15,486 nucleotides of DNA from NCBI GenBank assembly GCA_041288045.1, contig JBGGMM010000078.1:1-15486 (forward strand), read 5' to 3'. Positions 7,370 to 15,486 of the stretch are shown here, piece by piece. The position numbers were made by a program, and so were the translations under genes. Below the pieces are notes generated by a model that was not told the DNA's origin, ran no database searches, and worked only from the letters and a program-made list of their open reading frames with translations. The stretch's first letter is position 1, and the number at the start of each line of letters is the position of its first letter. This DNA is from Pseudobdellovibrionaceae bacterium (GTDB lineage Bacteria; Bdellovibrionota; Bdellovibrionia; Bdellovibrionales; Bdellovibrionaceae).

Positions 7370-8941
7370 TCACTCCCACTCGATGGTGCCTGGAGGCTTG
7401 CTGGTCACATCATACACCACACGGTTGATGGCGTGCACCTTGTTCGTGATTTCATTGGAAACTTCCCGGAGAAAATCAAAAGTAAAAGGATACCAATCCG
7501 CCGTCATCCCATCTGAAGAAGTCACAGCTCGAAGCGAGAGAACTTGCGCGTAAGTGCGCCCATCACCTTGAACACCGACAGTTTTCACTGGCAAAAGCAC
7601 ACAGAAAGCTTGCCAGATCTGATCATAGAGACCTTTTTCGCGAAGTTTCGAAATAAAAATATGATCAGCTTCTCTTAAAATCGCTAAGGACTCTTCAGTG
7701 ACTTCACCCATCACTCGAATGGCGAGCCCCGGACCCGGAAATGGATGACGTCCAATCATGTCCTTTGGCAATCCCAACTCAAGGCCGATCTGCCTGACTT
7801 CATCCTTAAAAAGTTCACGCACAGGCTCGACCAGCTTCAATCTCATTTTCTCTGGCAAGCCCCCAACATTGTGGTGGGATTTGATTTTATGACTGGGCCC
7901 ACCTTTGAAAGACACACTTTCAATCACATCTGGATAAAGAGTGCCCTGGGCTAGCCACTGAATGGGCCATTTCGGATCCAACGAGGCTTCAAACACTTCG
8001 ATAAACACCCGGCCGATGGCTTTTCGTTTCGCTTCCGGATCTGTCAAACCTTTCAATGCCGACAGAAAAGCGGTACTGGCATCCACGCCCTTCACATTCA
8101 GACCAATGGCTTTGTAGCTTGCCAGAACATTTTCATACTCATTCTTGCGAAGAAGACCGTTATTCACAAAAACACAGTGAACCCGATCAGGACCCAGAGT
8201 TTTGGTGAGAAGTGTGGCGACCACGCTGGAATCCACTCCTCCACTGAGACCGCAGAGCACATGATCACTGGATCCCACTTGCTGCAGAATTTTTTCTTTT
8301 AAATGATCGACAATCTGTGGGGCTTTCCAATTGGGTTTAGCTCCGCACATTCCCATGGTGAAATATTTGAGAATCTCTTCGCCTTTTTGAGTGTGGGCGA
8401 CTTCGGGATGAAACTGAACACCCAAAATTTTTGTCCCCAAGTAGGCAGCAATGTGCTGACTTTCAGAGAGAGCTGCGACCGCACAGCCCTCCGGCGGACT
8501 GTGCACAATATCTCCATGAGACATCCAGACTTTTTGATCTGACTGTCCCAATTGAGAAAGAAGATTTTCGCCACCAGAAACCGATTTCCAAGTGACGCGG
8601 TTAAAGCCATACTCTTTGGATTGGGCTTTTTCGACTTTGCCACCCAGCTCATGGGCGATGAGCTGCATGCCATAGCAAATCCCTAAAAGCGGGGCTTCCG
8701 TCAAAAGCTCTTTCACATTGCGATGAGGAGCTTCTTCTTCGTAAACAGAATTCGGCCCGCCACTGAGAATGATTCCCAAAGGTTTCATGGCTTTGATTTT
8801 TTCAAGCGGATAATGAAAAGGATGAATCTCGGAATAAAATCCCAATTCGCGCAGCCGTCTGGCAATCAGCTGAGTGAGCTGCGAACCAAAATCCAAAACC
8901 AGAAAGCCTTTTTGATCTGTTGTTTGATCTGTTGCCTTCAC
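7370..8941 (-). CDS. guaA: GMP synthase (glutamine-hydrolysing)
   Basis: VLDFGSQ, GIILSGGPNSV, LLGICYGMQ (catalytic Cys), VQFHPEV, LSGGVDSSV, QGTLYPDVIES, IKSHHNVGGLP, RHPFPGPGLAIR, C-terminal SKPPGTIEWE. GTG start with GGAG upstream. Confidence 0.98.
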   Translation of the reverse strand: MKATDQTTDQKGFLVLDFGSQLTQLIARRLRELGFYSEIHPFHYPLEKIKAMKPLGIILSGGPNSVYEEEAPHRNVKELLTEAPLLGICYGMQLIAHELGGKVEKAQSKEYGFNRVTWKSVSGGENLLSQLGQSDQKVWMSHGDIVHSPPEGCAVAALSESQHIAAYLGTKILGVQFHPEVAHTQKGEEILKYFTMGMCGAKPNWKAPQIVDHLKEKILQQVGSSDHVLCGLSGGVDSSVVATLLTKTLGPDRVHCVFVNNGLLRKNEYENVLASYKAIGLNVKGVDASTAFLSALKGLTDPEAKRKAIGRVFIEVFEASLDPKWPIQWLAQGTLYPDVIESVSFKGGPSHKIKSHHNVGGLPEKMRLKLVEPVRELFKDEVRQIGLELGLPKDMIGRHPFPGPGLAIRVMGEVTEESLAILREADHIFISKLREKGLYDQIWQAFCVLLPVKTVGVQGDGRTYAQVLSLRAVTSSDGMTADWYPFTFDFLREVSNEITNKVHAINRVVYDVTSKPPGTIEWE

Positions 8942-8947
8942 CAGCGC

Positions 8948-10408
8948 TTACTCCATTCGATAATTGGGAGCTTCTTTGGTGATGCTCACATCGTGCACAT
9001 GCGATTCCCGCAGACCCTGAGCCGAAATCTGCACAAATTTCGATTTTTTCTGAAGCTCTTCGACAGTTTCAGCCCCCATGTAACCCATACCGGCTCGAAT
9101 CCCACCGACCAACTGATGAATGATGCCGTTAATGGGTCCTTTGTGCGGGACCTTGCCTTCAATGCCTTCGGGCACCAGCTTATCGTCCATCACATCCATC
9201 TGACCGTAGCGATCTCTGGATCCCCGAGCCATCGCCCCAATGGATCCCATTCCGCGATAGGTTTTGTAAGTGCGTCCTTGGTACAAAATCGTTTCGCCAG
9301 GCGATTCCTCACTGCCAGCCAAAAGATTTCCGATCATCACTGTGTTGGCCCCAAGGGCCAGTGCTTTGGTGATATCACCCGAATATTTAATCCCGCCATC
9401 GGCAATGATGGACTTGCCCCGCTTTTTGGCCGCCTTTGAGCATTCCATCACAGCTGAAATCTGCGGCATTCCAACACCGGCCACAACCCGAGTTGTGCAA
9501 ATACTGCCAGGTCCAACGCCGACTTTCACCACGTCAGCGCCTGCTTCGATCAAAGCCAAAGTTCCATCTTTGGTCACCACATTGCCTGCAACCAAAATGA
9601 TGTCTTTGAAATTTTCGGCCGTTCTTTTCACCATGTCGATGACATTTTTAGAATGCCCATGAGCCGTGTCCACGACAATCACATCACATTGAGCGGCGGC
9701 CAGAGCTTCGACTCGTTCATAGGCGCTTTTATCCACGCCAACAGCAGCTCCGACAAACAAGCGGCCTTTTGAGTCCTTGGTGGCTTGTGGAAAATTCTGG
9801 GCTTTTTCAATGTCTTTGATGGTGATGAGCCCTTTGAGCATTCCAGATTTATCGACAATCGGAAGTTTTTCGATTCGATATCTTTGCAGAATTTTTCGAG
9901 CTTGCTCCAAAGTGGTACCCACAGGAGCTGTGTGAAGCTCTTCGCTTGTCATCAGATTTTTAATCGCTTGCTTGGTGTTGTTTTCAAACCGCAAATCGCG
10001 ATTGGTGAGAATGCCAACTAGCTTTCCCTTCACAGTGATGGGAACTCCGCTGATTTTGTATTTGCTCATCAGCTGCAAAGCTTCTGAAACCAAATGATCC
10101 GGCCCCAAAGTGATCGGATCTTGAATCATTCCGGATTCGTATTTTTTCACTCTCTCGACTTCCATGGCTTGATCTTCGATGGAGAGGTTTTTGTGAATGA
10201 TTCCAAGTCCACCTAATTGCGCCATTCTTTGCGCCACCCGGTGCTCGGTGACTGTGTCCATCGCCGAGGAGAGAATCGGAATGTTTAATTTTTTTCCGCG
10301 AGCAAATTCGGTGGCAGTGGAGACTTCAGAAGGGACGATTTCTGAGAATTGCGGCACAAGCAGGATATCATCAAATGTGAGAGCAAATTCGAATCCTGTT
10401 TCGGCCAT
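8948..10408 (-). CDS. guaB: IMP dehydrogenase with CBS domain pair
   Basis: ALTFDDILLVP, SSAMDTVTE, CBS segments (ISGVPI, IEKLPIVD), VDTAHGHS, KVGVGPGSICTTR (catalytic Cys), IADGGIKYSGDITKA, YRGMGS, VPEGIEG, RESHVHDV. Confidence 0.98.
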   Translation of the reverse strand: MAETGFEFALTFDDILLVPQFSEIVPSEVSTATEFARGKKLNIPILSSAMDTVTEHRVAQRMAQLGGLGIIHKNLSIEDQAMEVERVKKYESGMIQDPITLGPDHLVSEALQLMSKYKISGVPITVKGKLVGILTNRDLRFENNTKQAIKNLMTSEELHTAPVGTTLEQARKILQRYRIEKLPIVDKSGMLKGLITIKDIEKAQNFPQATKDSKGRLFVGAAVGVDKSAYERVEALAAAQCDVIVVDTAHGHSKNVIDMVKRTAENFKDIILVAGNVVTKDGTLALIEAGADVVKVGVGPGSICTTRVVAGVGMPQISAVMECSKAAKKRGKSIIADGGIKYSGDITKALALGANTVMIGNLLAGSEESPGETILYQGRTYKTYRGMGSIGAMARGSRDRYGQMDVMDDKLVPEGIEGKVPHKGPINGIIHQLVGGIRAGMGYMGAETVEELQKKSKFVQISAQGLRESHVHDVSITKEAPNYRME

Positions 10409-10423
10409 TGAAAACCCCCAAAA

Positions 10424-10945
10424 TTAAGATTGATCGTACCAACTGCTGTAGAGGAGATAATTGTCGGCGGACTCTGACAGCAAGGCAACCTCTTCTGCTG
10501 TGAGCTCACGCTTCACTTTTGCCGGTCGCCCAAGAATCAGGCTTCTTGGTGGGAACTGCGAGCCTTCAGTCACTAGACTCCCCGCGCCAACGAGCGAATA
10601 CTCTCCAATTTTTGCTTGATCCATGACAATCGAACCCATGCCCACGAGGCTCCCTTTGCCGATTTCACAACCATGCAAAGTCACCTGATGCCCAATGGTC
10701 ACCCGGTCATGCAAAATAGTTCCGCATTTTTGATAAGTGCCATGAATGACTGAGCCGTCTTGCACATTGGTCTCTTTGCCAATTCGAATGGCGAACACAT
10801 CACCACGAATGGTGACATTGGGCCAAATCGAAGATTTCTCACCGATTTCGACATCGCCAATGATCGTGACATTGGGAAAAATCAAACAGGAGGGATGAAT
10901 TTTCGGAGTGAAGCCGCGAACGGGAATGATGATTCCTTTGTTCAT
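10424..10945 (-). CDS. Gamma carbonic anhydrase family protein (YrdA/PaaY-like hexapeptide-repeat)
   Basis: Hexapeptide repeats; IIGDVEIG, IRGDV, TNVQDGSVIH, TIGHQVTLHGC retaining the three Zn-ligand His; LILGRPAKVKREL. ATGA overlap with the upstream gene at 10942-10945. Confidence 0.93.
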   Translation of the reverse strand: MNKGIIIPVRGFTPKIHPSCLIFPNVTIIGDVEIGEKSSIWPNVTIRGDVFAIRIGKETNVQDGSVIHGTYQKCGTILHDRVTIGHQVTLHGCEIGKGSLVGMGSIVMDQAKIGEYSLVGAGSLVTEGSQFPPRSLILGRPAKVKRELTAEEVALLSESADNYLLYSSWYDQS

Positions 10946-11550
10946 GGCGCCATTTTCTCGAGATGAATTTGCACTCGGTAGCGATCCAAGACCGAACCCC
11001 GCTCATAATCCACAGTTTGAGTGAGACTCAAAGCTTTCCCTTCAAGATGGAGGGATTGAGAGTGGGGATCCAAAGAATTTCCCAGTTGAATTTGCCAATG
11101 GGGACCTGGAGTCCACACATAAGAAACCGGATTCCAAATCATGGGCCCTGTTCTTTGTGAAGGATCTTGAAGAGCCACTTTCTGTGACACCAAATAATTT
11201 TTCAGAAAATCGGTATTGGTCACAAGCTCAGGCTCGTCAACGAGGTGATAAAATGAAAAAATGCGACCGACCCAAGTTTTGCCAAGAGCCGAGTCCACAT
11301 CCAAATTGGGAATCAGATCCTTTAAAAACACAGTGCAGTCGTAATTTGCTGCATCTTTGCTACGGCAGAAGTAGCCATCACTTTCTAATTTTTCGAGGCG
11401 CTTTTGACCTTCGGCCGTGATGGTTGAAACTTTTTCCCAGCGCAAATGGGAAAGAACAAGATATTGCGAGCTGACTTTCCACTTTCCTTCTAACACCGGG
11501 ACCGTTTCTGCCCGTGCGAAGAGGAGAAGAGAGAAAAAAAATGAGAGCAT
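10942..11550 (-). CDS. Secreted hypothetical protein
   Basis: 202-aa ORF with SD AAGGA and a signal-peptide-like N-terminus (MLSFFFSLLLFARA-E). One Cys pair (CRSKDAANYDC). It fills the gap between neighbours (13-bp gap, 4-bp overlap). Confidence 0.8.
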   Translation of the reverse strand: MLSFFFSLLLFARAETVPVLEGKWKVSSQYLVLSHLRWEKVSTITAEGQKRLEKLESDGYFCRSKDAANYDCTVFLKDLIPNLDVDSALGKTWVGRIFSFYHLVDEPELVTNTDFLKNYLVSQKVALQDPSQRTGPMIWNPVSYVWTPGPHWQIQLGNSLDPHSQSLHLEGKALSLTQTVDYERGSVLDRYRVQIHLEKMAP

Positions 11551-11563
11551 GAAAATTCCTTTT

Positions 11564-12091
11564 TTAAATTAAATACTCGTGAGTCTTCATCATGATGCCA
11601 GGATTTTTCGCCAAGCCCTGACTGAGGCCATCGATCTCGGCACTCATCACTCGGCTTCGGTTCATAAATTTGGAGGTGGCATAAATCGGCACATTCAAAT
11701 GCAGACACAAGGACATGGCCTCTTCAGCTTTGACCTTGATCGATCCTTGAGTGGGATGACCTTCAAAATAAAGTCGCATGTACTGATGATGGCCTTTGAG
11801 AGCCACGAAAACACATTTTTCGATTTTGATCTGCAGACTCTCGAGCAAAATTTCAGTCACTCGGTGCGGAGTCGTGGGCATGATCTGCTGATTGGATTGC
11901 TGAATCGTCACACCTGCTTCAATTTGAGTGAGAAACACCGGCAGAGTGTGCCTTCCCTTTTCATCACGCAAAAGCAGCATGGGTCTGGAAGGGTCTTGAG
12001 TCAGCGACAGGCCATAGGGATGAAGACGAATCAAATCCCTTTCTAAAATCTTATGTTCCTCAAATTGTTGGCTCTGAAAAATCATTTTCAT
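11564..12091 (-). CDS. DUF151 / bifunctional nuclease (DNase-RNase) family protein, divergent
   Basis: PMLLLRDEKGRHTLPVFLTQIEA...H..TEILLESL...AEEAMSLCLHLNVPIYA follows the DUF151 layout (LPIWIG..EA...THDL...PSDAIALA....PI). SD GAGG upstream. Confidence 0.8.
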   Translation of the reverse strand: MKMIFQSQQFEEHKILERDLIRLHPYGLSLTQDPSRPMLLLRDEKGRHTLPVFLTQIEAGVTIQQSNQQIMPTTPHRVTEILLESLQIKIEKCVFVALKGHHQYMRLYFEGHPTQGSIKVKAEEAMSLCLHLNVPIYATSKFMNRSRVMSAEIDGLSQGLAKNPGIMMKTHEYLI

Positions 12092-12118
12092 TGTTGGCCT
12101 CGTGAGCTTTCAGGACAT

Positions 12119-13465
12119 TTAATTTTGAACAATCTCTCCTCTGAGCATGGCTGGAAAGGCTTTGGTGACTTTCACTGGAACTGTTTGACCCACCAAAGAA
12201 GCCTCACCAACGAGATGGACCAACTTATTTTGAGAAGATCGTCCCGTCACGACTCCTCGGCCTGCATCATGTGTTTCGACGAGCACATCCATGGTCAAAC
12301 CCTCGTATTTTTTCACCCAGCCAAGTGCCAATTTATCGTGCGCATCAAAAAGTCGGTTCAGACGCTCTGACTTAATTTCTTCTGGGACTTGACCTTCAAA
12401 ACGAGCCGCTTTCGTGAAGGGCCGCGGCGAGTATTTGAAAGCGAAAATGGTTTCAAATCCGCCTTCTTCCACCAAGCTCATGGTGTCTTGAAATTCTTCT
12501 TCGCTTTCAGTTGGAAAACCGACGATGATGTCGGTTGAGAGCACCACATTGGGAATCGCTTGTTTGATCATCGCGACTTTTTCCAAATACTGCTCGCGAG
12601 TGTATCCGCGATTCATCATTTCTAAAATTCTGGAATTGCCGCTTTGAAAGGGCAGATGAATATACTCGGTCACTTTGGGTTGATTGCGGTAAAGGACATC
12701 GACCAGCTTTTGATTGAAGTCTTTCGGATGCGAAGTCGTAAAACGAATTCTCTGAAGATCCGTTTCTCTTGCCACCATGTCGATCAAGTCGGCGAAATCA
12801 GAACCCTCTTCGGATTTGTAGGAATTCACATTTTGCCCAAGCAGTGTGACTTCTTTCACTCCCCGCTTGGTGAGTCCATGAATGTCCTCGAGCACATGCT
12901 TGAGAGGTCTGCTTTTTTCGCGGCCTCGAGTGTAAGGCACCACACAGAAAGTGCAGAAATTATCGCAACCCTTCGTGATATTGACGAATGTGGACACACC
13001 AGGATTTCGAACTAAAGTTTCGACGTGATAAGGAGCTCGGTGTTCAAATTTGGCGTTGACCAGTCGGCGCTCGCCTTCGAAAGCTCGAGCGACCAAGGAT
13101 GGCAGTTGATCGATCGTGTCTGTGCCAAACACGAAATCAATCATCGGGGCGTCTTTCATCAGGTTTTCTTTTTCCTGCTGACCGACGCAACCACCGACAC
13201 CGATTTTCAGGTCGGGATTTTTTTGTTTTAATTTTTTGTAAGTGCCCACTTCAGAGAAAACTTTGTGCACTGGTTTTTCGCGCACGCTGCAAGAATTGAT
13301 GATGATCAAAGAGGCTTGATCTGGAGATGAGACCGGCGTAAAGTTAGCCATCTCCAAAAGCGAATACATGCGTTCGGAATCGTTCACATTCATTTGGCAG
13401 CCATAGGTGGAGACGTAAACGCCTTTGCCATGGCCAATATCGGAAGTTGTTCCCTGTTGTGTCAT
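12119..13465 (-). CDS. miaB: tRNA-2-methylthio-N6-isopentenyladenosine(37) methylthiotransferase MiaB
   Basis: TYGCQMNVNDSE, NSCSVREK, GVGGCVGQ, radical-SAM GCDNFCTFCVVPYTRGRE, LLGQNVNSY, RIRFTTSHP, STDIIVGFP, FKYSPRPFT, C-terminal TRAM domain. Confidence 0.97.
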   Translation of the reverse strand: MTQQGTTSDIGHGKGVYVSTYGCQMNVNDSERMYSLLEMANFTPVSSPDQASLIIINSCSVREKPVHKVFSEVGTYKKLKQKNPDLKIGVGGCVGQQEKENLMKDAPMIDFVFGTDTIDQLPSLVARAFEGERRLVNAKFEHRAPYHVETLVRNPGVSTFVNITKGCDNFCTFCVVPYTRGREKSRPLKHVLEDIHGLTKRGVKEVTLLGQNVNSYKSEEGSDFADLIDMVARETDLQRIRFTTSHPKDFNQKLVDVLYRNQPKVTEYIHLPFQSGNSRILEMMNRGYTREQYLEKVAMIKQAIPNVVLSTDIIVGFPTESEEEFQDTMSLVEEGGFETIFAFKYSPRPFTKAARFEGQVPEEIKSERLNRLFDAHDKLALGWVKKYEGLTMDVLVETHDAGRGVVTGRSSQNKLVHLVGEASLVGQTVPVKVTKAFPAMLRGEIVQN

Positions 13466-13477
13466 ATAAGGTTCTGA

Positions 13478-13506
13478 GTTATACGGAGCTCAACTTGAGG
13501 TGTCAA
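13478..13506 (-). promoter_or_regulatory. Sigma70-type promoter for the miaB-led cluster
   Basis: Minus strand: TTGACA (13506-13501), 17 nt, TATAAC (13483-13478), ending 12 nt before the miaB ATG (13465). Confidence 0.8.
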
Positions 13507-13508
13507 AT

Positions 13509-14072
13509 ATGAATCCAAGACTGAAAACATCAAAAAAATCGACTTCTTTCCCGAAAGAATTTCTCGCTCAGATCGAAGAGGTTTTTTCTGAGAATTTCAA
13601 AGCTCATCTCAAGCACTCCAAACTCGTGGTCGAAGGACGGATCTACACGGAAGAAATATTGCTTCGCGTCGGAATCCGCGAAAAGGGCCGCCTGTCTCAA
13701 GCCAATTTCGAAGTGTCGATGAATTATTCGCCCAAGAGCAAAGATGCTCTCGAGCGCATTCATGACTGTGTGGATGCTCTGGCCAGCATGATGAATGAGT
13801 ACTTCACCAGCGCCGAGGAAGAAGCAGATTTTCCTCGCACTTGGCAAGAGTACGAATTCAACAAACAAAAACTGTTCCTGCAATTCACCACTGAAAATTC
13901 GGATCTCGAAGCTCAAGCCGATGCACTGCTTGGAAAAAGTTTTGAAGAGATGGTCAAAGAGGATCAAGAATCCGAAGACGCTCTCACCAAAGCCGAAGAA
14001 AAAATCGAAGAAGAAGCTTCAGGCCCCACAATGATGGGCGGGAAGAAAAAGAAAAAATCTGACCTTCATTGA
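13509..14072 (+). CDS. Hypothetical cytoplasmic protein with acidic C-terminal region and poly-Lys tail
   Basis: 187 aa from ATG 13509, preferred over GTG 13500 because SD GAGGT lies at 13497-13501. Ends ...MMGGKKKKKSDLH. No family recognised. Confidence 0.8.
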   Translation: MNPRLKTSKKSTSFPKEFLAQIEEVFSENFKAHLKHSKLVVEGRIYTEEILLRVGIREKGRLSQANFEVSMNYSPKSKDALERIHDCVDALASMMNEYFTSAEEEADFPRTWQEYEFNKQKLFLQFTTENSDLEAQADALLGKSFEEMVKEDQESEDALTKAEEKIEEEASGPTMMGGKKKKKSDLH

Positions 14073-14128
14073 TCTTCATTGCTCTTCCCAAAAAAGACCC
14101 TCAGACTGAAAAGAAAAAGGAGTCTTTG

Positions 14129-14875
14129 ATGAGAACAGCCAACCCTGCTTTGACTGAAAAGACATTCACTCAGCTCTCGGGCTCAACCACAAACCCGATG
14201 ACTCTTTCAGGCACTGTTCAGAAAAGCTTCGCCCTTCTCGCTCTCACAGTCGCTTCGGCCTCCTACTCCTGGACCAGCACCTATCCTGCCGGCTGGTCTG
14301 AAATGTCCGCACCCAGCATCCCCGCTTGGTATTTCCCAGGAATTATCGCCACTTTGATCCTCAGCTTCGTCATCATCTTTAAGAAAGCCACAGCTCCTTA
14401 CTTAGCTCCTCTCTATGCTTTGGGCGAAGGCCTTTTACTTGGAACCATCTCAGCAATTTTTGATTACAAATACCCCGGCATCGCTTTTCAAGCCGTGCTT
14501 TGCACAATGGGAACTTTCTTAGGACTGCTCCTCGCCTACCAATCAAGAATCATCAAAGCGACTGAAAATTTCAAATTGGGAATCGCCGCTGCGACGATGG
14601 GCGTTTTCCTCGTCTACATGATTGATTTTGTCATGAATTTTTTCGGACGGAATGTTCCTTATTTGCACGAAAACGGAACCATGGGGATCATTGTTTCAGC
14701 CGTGATCGTGGTGATCGCCGCTCTGAATTTGGTTTTGGATTTTGATTTTATTGAAAAGGGCGTCGAGCAGCGAGCTCCGAAGTACATGGAGTGGTACGCG
14801 GCTTTCGGGTTGCTCGTGACTTTGGTTTGGCTTTATCTGGAGATTTTGCGACTGCTGGGGAAATCTCGGAAGTAA
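14129..14875 (+). CDS. Bax inhibitor-1/YccA family membrane protein
   Basis: ATG 14129 with SD AAGGAG (14117-14122). MRTANPAL..., MTLSGTVQKS, YALGEGLLLGTISA, YPGIAFQAV, NLVLDFDFIE.GV...APKYMEWYAAFGLLVTLVWLYLEILRLL; about 7 hydrophobic segments. Confidence 0.92.
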   Translation: MRTANPALTEKTFTQLSGSTTNPMTLSGTVQKSFALLALTVASASYSWTSTYPAGWSEMSAPSIPAWYFPGIIATLILSFVIIFKKATAPYLAPLYALGEGLLLGTISAIFDYKYPGIAFQAVLCTMGTFLGLLLAYQSRIIKATENFKLGIAAATMGVFLVYMIDFVMNFFGRNVPYLHENGTMGIIVSAVIVVIAALNLVLDFDFIEKGVEQRAPKYMEWYAAFGLLVTLVWLYLEILRLLGKSRK

Positions 14876-14880
14876 TTCGC

Positions 14881-15486
14881 ATGAAAATCCTTCTTTGTGC
14901 TCTTGGAATTTTGCTTTTCTCGACCTGTCTTTGGGCACAGGATCTTCAGGTTCAGTGGCCTCAAAAAAAACAAAATCTGAAAGTGAATCAAACCGCGAGC
15001 CTAGTGGTGCAAGAGCACAAGGAGCCATTTGGAGAAGTCCTCCATATTTTCAATCCCGAAACAGGCCAGGAACTGAGAACCTTACCCCTGAAACTCTCAC
15101 CCTTGGTGATGCTTCGCGATCGCAATTGCCAAAAAATTTATTACAACGTGGGCACCAGTTTTTTTGAACTTGAATGGAAATTGAAAAGTGAACCCCTCGA
15201 GATTTTTAAATTTCCCGAAAATGTCGTTCCTGCTCAAAGGGGGCAAGAACTGTCTGGTAAACAAGACATTGCAGATCTCCATAGCCTTTGGAAACAGGCC
15301 AAAGCAAAAACATGGAGACTGGGTTCGATCAAAACCCATCCTGAAAGCGCAACTGATTACACGATGAGTGCCTATGAATTCAATCCCGATCAAAAATCTT
15401 GGAAACTGCTATCGGAAAAAAAGACAAAAGGCTGCTATACGGACGGTGGGGGCTGCAGTCTAAAAGAGTTTAATAAAGACATTTAC
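14881..15486 (+). CDS. Secreted hypothetical protein, 3'-partial (absent from the supplied ORF track)
   Basis: Manual translation from ATG 14881 is open for 202 codons to the window end: MKILLCALGILLFSTCLWA-QDLQVQWPQKK...KGCYTDGGGCSLKEFNKDIY. Clear signal peptide, 5 bp after the upstream stop. Confidence 0.85.
   Translation, partial: MKILLCALGILLFSTCLWAQDLQVQWPQKKQNLKVNQTASLVVQEHKEPFGEVLHIFNPETGQELRTLPLKLSPLVMLRDRNCQKIYYNVGTSFFELEWKLKSEPLEIFKFPENVVPAQRGQELSGKQDIADLHSLWKQAKAKTWRLGSIKTHPESATDYTMSAYEFNPDQKSWKLLSEKKTKGCYTDGGGCSLKEFNKDIY

Noticed and set aside
8723..9439. 238-aa plus-strand ORF opposite guaA/guaB
   Set aside because: Antisense shadow of conserved genes, with no recognisable motifs.
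856..14034. Remaining 60-160 aa ORFs in the track
   Set aside because: All lie antisense or off-frame within well-supported genes and show no independent motifs.
14069..14128. N-terminal extension of the YccA-family ORF from TTG 14069
   Set aside because: ATG 14129 has a strong AAGGAG SD and gives the family-typical MRTxNP start.
14696..15393. Short ORFs 14696-15028 (-), 14895-15167 (+) and 15097-15393 (-)
   Set aside because: They overlap the better-supported YccA-family gene and/or the signal-peptide ORF starting at 14881.

Overview
Bacterial chromosomal housekeeping region. Gene content and style suggest a deltaproteobacterial-type organism, possibly Bdellovibrionota (inference, not verified). 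Most of the window is one ~12.6-kb minus-strand cluster with short intergenic gaps: miaB - DUF151-like protein - secreted hypothetical - gamma carbonic anhydrase family - guaB - guaA - dnaE - secreted FlgT-N-like protein - CsgG/FlgT-like lipoprotein - lipB. It is headed by a near-consensus sigma70 promoter (TTGACA-17-TATAAC) and closed by a bidirectional terminator. Plus-strand flanks: a partial beta-barrel-like gene on the left; a hypothetical, a Bax inhibitor-1/YccA-family gene and a partial secreted protein on the right. Two anomalies stand out. (1) dnaE is an otherwise intact 1183-codon frame broken by a single in-frame TAG at 5176-5178, the only TAG used in any called gene. (2) A perfect 33-bp inverted repeat with a 30-bp spacer (1538-1633) abuts the apparent 5' end of lipB, and the spacer orientation decides whether an upstream in-frame GTG reads into lipB. 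No tRNA, rRNA, CRISPR array, transposase or integrase was seen.
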